Source of the DNA: Eledone cirrhosa
Taxonomy: Eukaryota
Direction: 5' to 3'
NCBI GenBank assembly: GCA_964016885.1
Contig: OZ024740.1
Coordinates: 12,462,001 to 12,526,000, forward strand
DNA length: 64,000 nt
In this document: positions 61,451-64,000 of the stretch, piece after piece
Numbering within the stretch: position 1 is the stretch's first letter
Layout of the letters: each line of letters starts with the position of its first letter
The notes under the pieces: generated by a model
The model's database searches: none
The model's input: only the letters and a program-made list of their open reading frames with translations
What the model was told of the DNA's origin: nothing
Program-made: the position numbers and the translations under genes

Positions 61451-64000
61451 TAATGTCTCTAGTCTAATGTCTTGTCTCTACTCTAATGTCTCTAGTCTAA
61501 TGTCTTGTCTCTAGTCAAATATCTCTAGTCTAATGTCTTGTCTCTAGTCTAATATCTTGTCTCTAGTCTAATGTCTCTAGTCTAATGTCTCTAGTCTAAT
61601 GTCTTGTCTCTAGTCTAATATCTTGTCTCTAGTCTAATGTCTCTAGTCTAATGTCTCTAGTCTAAAGTCTTGTCTCTAGTCTAATGTCTCTAGTCTAATG
61701 TCTTGTCTCTAGTCTAATATCTTGTCTCTAGTCTAATGTCTCTAGTCTAATGTCTTGTCTCTAGTCTAATGTCTCTAGTCTAATGTCTTGTGACTAGTCT
61801 AATGTCTTGTCTCTAGTCTAATGTCTCTAGTCTAATATCTTGTCTCTAGTCTAATGTCTCTTGTCTAATGTCTTGTCTCTAGTCTAATGTCTCTAGTCTA
61901 ATGTCTTGTCTCTAGTCTAATGTCTCTAGTCTAATGTCTTGTCTCTAGTCTAATATCTTGTCTCTAGTCTAATGTCTCTAGTCTAATGTCTTCTCTCTAG
62001 TCTAATATCTTGTCTCTAGTCTAATGTCTCTAGTCTAATATCTTGTCTCTAGTCTAATATCTTGTCTCTAGTCTAATGACTCTAGTCTAATGTCTTGTGT
62101 CTAGTCTAATATCTTGTCTCTAGTCTAATGTCTCTAGTCTAATGTCTTGTCTCTAGTCTAACGTCTTGTCTCTAGTCTAATGTCTCTAGTCTAATGTCTT
62201 GTCTCTAGTCTAATATCTTGTGTCTAGTCTAATGTCTTGTCTCTAGTCTAATGTCTCTAGTCTAATGTCTTGTTTCTAGTCTAATGTCTCTAGTCTAATG
62301 TCTTGTCTCTAGTCTAATGTCTCTAGTCTAATGTCTTGTCTCTAGTCTAATGTCTCTAGTCTAATGTCTTGTCTCTAGTCTAATGTCTCTAGTCTAATGT
62401 CTTGTCTCTAGTCTAATATCTTGTCTCTAGTCTAATGTCTCTAGTCTAATGTCTCTAGTCTAATGTCTTGTCTCTAGTCTAATATCTTGTCTCTAGTCTA
62501 ATGTCTCTAGTCTAATGTCTTGTCTCTAGTCTAATGTCTCTAGTCTAATGTCTTGTCTCTAGTCTAATGTCTCTAGTCTAATGTCTTGTCTCTAGTCTAA
62601 TATCTTGTCTCTAGTCTAATGTCTCTAGTCTAATGTCTTGTTTCTAGTCTAATGTCTCTAGTCTAATGTCTTGTCTCTAGTCTAATATCTTGTCTCTAGT
62701 CTAATGTCTCTAGTCTAATGTCTTGTCTCTAGTCTAATGTCTCTAGTCTAATGTCTTGTCTCTAGTCTAATATCTTGTCTCTAGTCTAATGTCTCTAGTC
62801 TAATGTCTTGTCTCTAGTCTAATATCTTGTCTCTAGTCTAATGTCTTGTCTCTAGTCTAATGTCTCTAGTCTAATGTCTTGTTTCTAGTCTAATGTCTCT
62901 AGTCTAATGTCTTGTCTCTAGTCTAATATCTTGTCTCTAGTCTAATGTCTTGTCTCTAGTCTAATGTCTCTAGTCTAATGTCTTGTCTCTAGTCTAACGT
63001 CTTGTCTCTAGTCTAATGTCTCTAGTGTAATGTCTTGTCTCTAGTCTAATGTCTTGTCTCTAGTCTAATATCTTGTGTCTAGTGTAATGTCTTGTCTCTA
63101 GTCTAATGTCTCTAGTCTAATGTGTTGTTTCTAGTCTAATGTCTCTAGTCTAATGTCTTGTCTCTAGTCTAATGTCTCTAGTCTAATGTCTTGTCTCTAG
63201 TCTAATGTCTCTAGTCTAATGTCTTGTCTCTAGTCTAATGTCTCTAGTCTAATGTCTTGTCTCTAGTCTAATATCTTGTCTCTAGTCTAATGTCTCTAGT
63301 CTAATGTCTCTAGTCTAATGTCTTGTCTCTAGTCTAATATCTTGTCTCTAGTCTAATGTCTCTAGTCTAATGTCTTGTCTCTAGTCTAATGTCTCTAGTC
63401 TAATGTGTTGTCTCTAGTCTAATGTCTCTAGTCTAATGTCTTGTCTCTAGTCTAATATCTTGTCTCTAGTCTAATGTCTTGTCTCTAGTCTAATGTCTCT
63501 AGTCTAATGTCTTGTTTCTAGTCTAACGTCTCTAGTCTAATGTCTTGTCTCTAGTCTAATATCTTGTCTCTAGTCTAATGTCTCTAGTCTAATGTCTTGT
63601 CTCTAGTCTAATGTCTCTAGTCTAATGTCTTGTCTCTAGTCTAATATCTTGTCTCTAGTCTAATGTCCCTAGTCTAATATCTTGTCTCTAGTCTAATATC
63701 TTGTCTCTAGTCTAATGTCTCTAGTCTAATGTCTTGTCTCTACTCTAATGTCTCTAGTCTAATGTCTTGTCTCTAGTCAAATATCTCTAGTCTAATGTCT
63801 TGTCTCTAGTCTAATATCTTGTCTCTAGTCTAATGTCTCTAGTCTAATGTCTCTAGTCTAATGTCTTGTCTCTAGTCTAATATCTTGTCTCTAGTCTAAT
63901 GTCTCTAGTCTAATGTCTCTAGTCTAAAGTCTTGTCTCTAGTCTAATGTCTCTAGTCTAATGTCTTGTCTCTAGTCTAATATCTTGTCTCTAGTCTAATG
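60545..64000. repeat. Duplication with offset 2262 (~60545-61738 vs ~62807-64000, truncated by the window end)
   Basis: TGTTGTTTCT at 60861/63123; GTCAAATATCT at 61514/63776; GTCCCT at 61403/63665. Confidence 0.9.

Larger units (their letters stand above)
1..64000. repeat. Tandem satellite array of mixed 14-bp (TGTCTCTAGTCTAA) and 19-bp (T[G/A]TCTTGTCTCTAGTCTAA, also CGTCT-start) monomers; runs off both ends of the window
   Basis: Direct parsing, e.g. 19-37 is a 19-mer, 38-51 a 14-mer, 52-70 a 19-mer with one substitution. The same units continue to 64000 with only point variants and very rare small indels. No inversion seen. Confidence 0.99.

Noticed and set aside
1-64000. Protein-coding ORF (repeat protein) on either strand
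   Set aside because: Each monomer has TAG and TAA on the + strand and two TAGs on the - strand. The 14/19 lengths shift frame, so all frames close within a few codons under the standard code.
1-64000. Giant minus-strand ORF under a TAG-reassigned genetic code, since the consensus minus strand has only TAG stops
   Set aside because: Monomer gains and losses of 14 or 19 bp are not multiples of 3 and shift frame constantly. Variants such as GTCACTAG, TCAA and TTTAA create TGA/TAA on the minus strand. There is no codon-position bias and no sign of gene structure.
1-64000. CRISPR array
   Set aside because: There are no unique spacers (the only variable element is a 5-bp word), and no leader or cas genes.
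1-64000. Canonical telomerase-synthesised telomere tract
   Set aside because: There are no G-runs and TTAGAC is never tandem. Point variants are propagated in kb-long duplicated blocks, which indicates DNA-level duplication rather than fresh copying from an RNA template.
1-64000. CpG-deamination or fungal RIP signature in the AACG/AATG/AATA variants
   Set aside because: These variants sit at one position of the 19-mer, and other TG sites are rarely changed to TA. I saw no reciprocal AACA. Amplification of a few ancestral variants explains the pattern more simply.
1-64000. Synthetic construct, encoded message or sequencing artefact (many GTCTC/CTAG restriction-like sites, binary pattern)
   Set aside because: No adapters, vector or index structure were seen. 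Hierarchically shared variants with graded divergence are typical of natural satellite evolution, and random read error would not recur at fixed offsets. Local misassembly cannot be excluded.

Overview
The whole 64 kb window is one uninterrupted, head-to-tail, single-orientation tandem satellite array. I saw no unique sequence, gene, RNA gene, CRISPR spacer or transposon. It is an irregular mixture of two monomers: a 14-mer TGTCTCTAGTCTAA and a 19-mer TGTCTTGTCTCTAGTCTAA (the 14-mer plus a leading TGTCT). The 19-mer has two common variants, one starting TATCT and one starting CGTCT. Both monomers break down into GTCT-anchored words (GTCTT, GTCTCTA, GTCTAAT). The consensus is about 36% GC and strongly T-rich on the + strand. 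Rare point variants act as barcodes and show nested higher-order duplications with offsets of 255, ~800, 1016, 1257, 1321, ~1617, 1970, 2262, 2356, 2940, 3387, 3516/3606, 5819, 7188 and 23273 bp. They also show a change in variant vocabulary near 19-21 kb. Offsets were derived by eye from marker positions and block ends are approximate. The best reading is eukaryotic heterochromatic satellite DNA (centromeric, pericentromeric or subtelomeric). I cannot name the family or organism, and I found no evidence of a protein-coding system.
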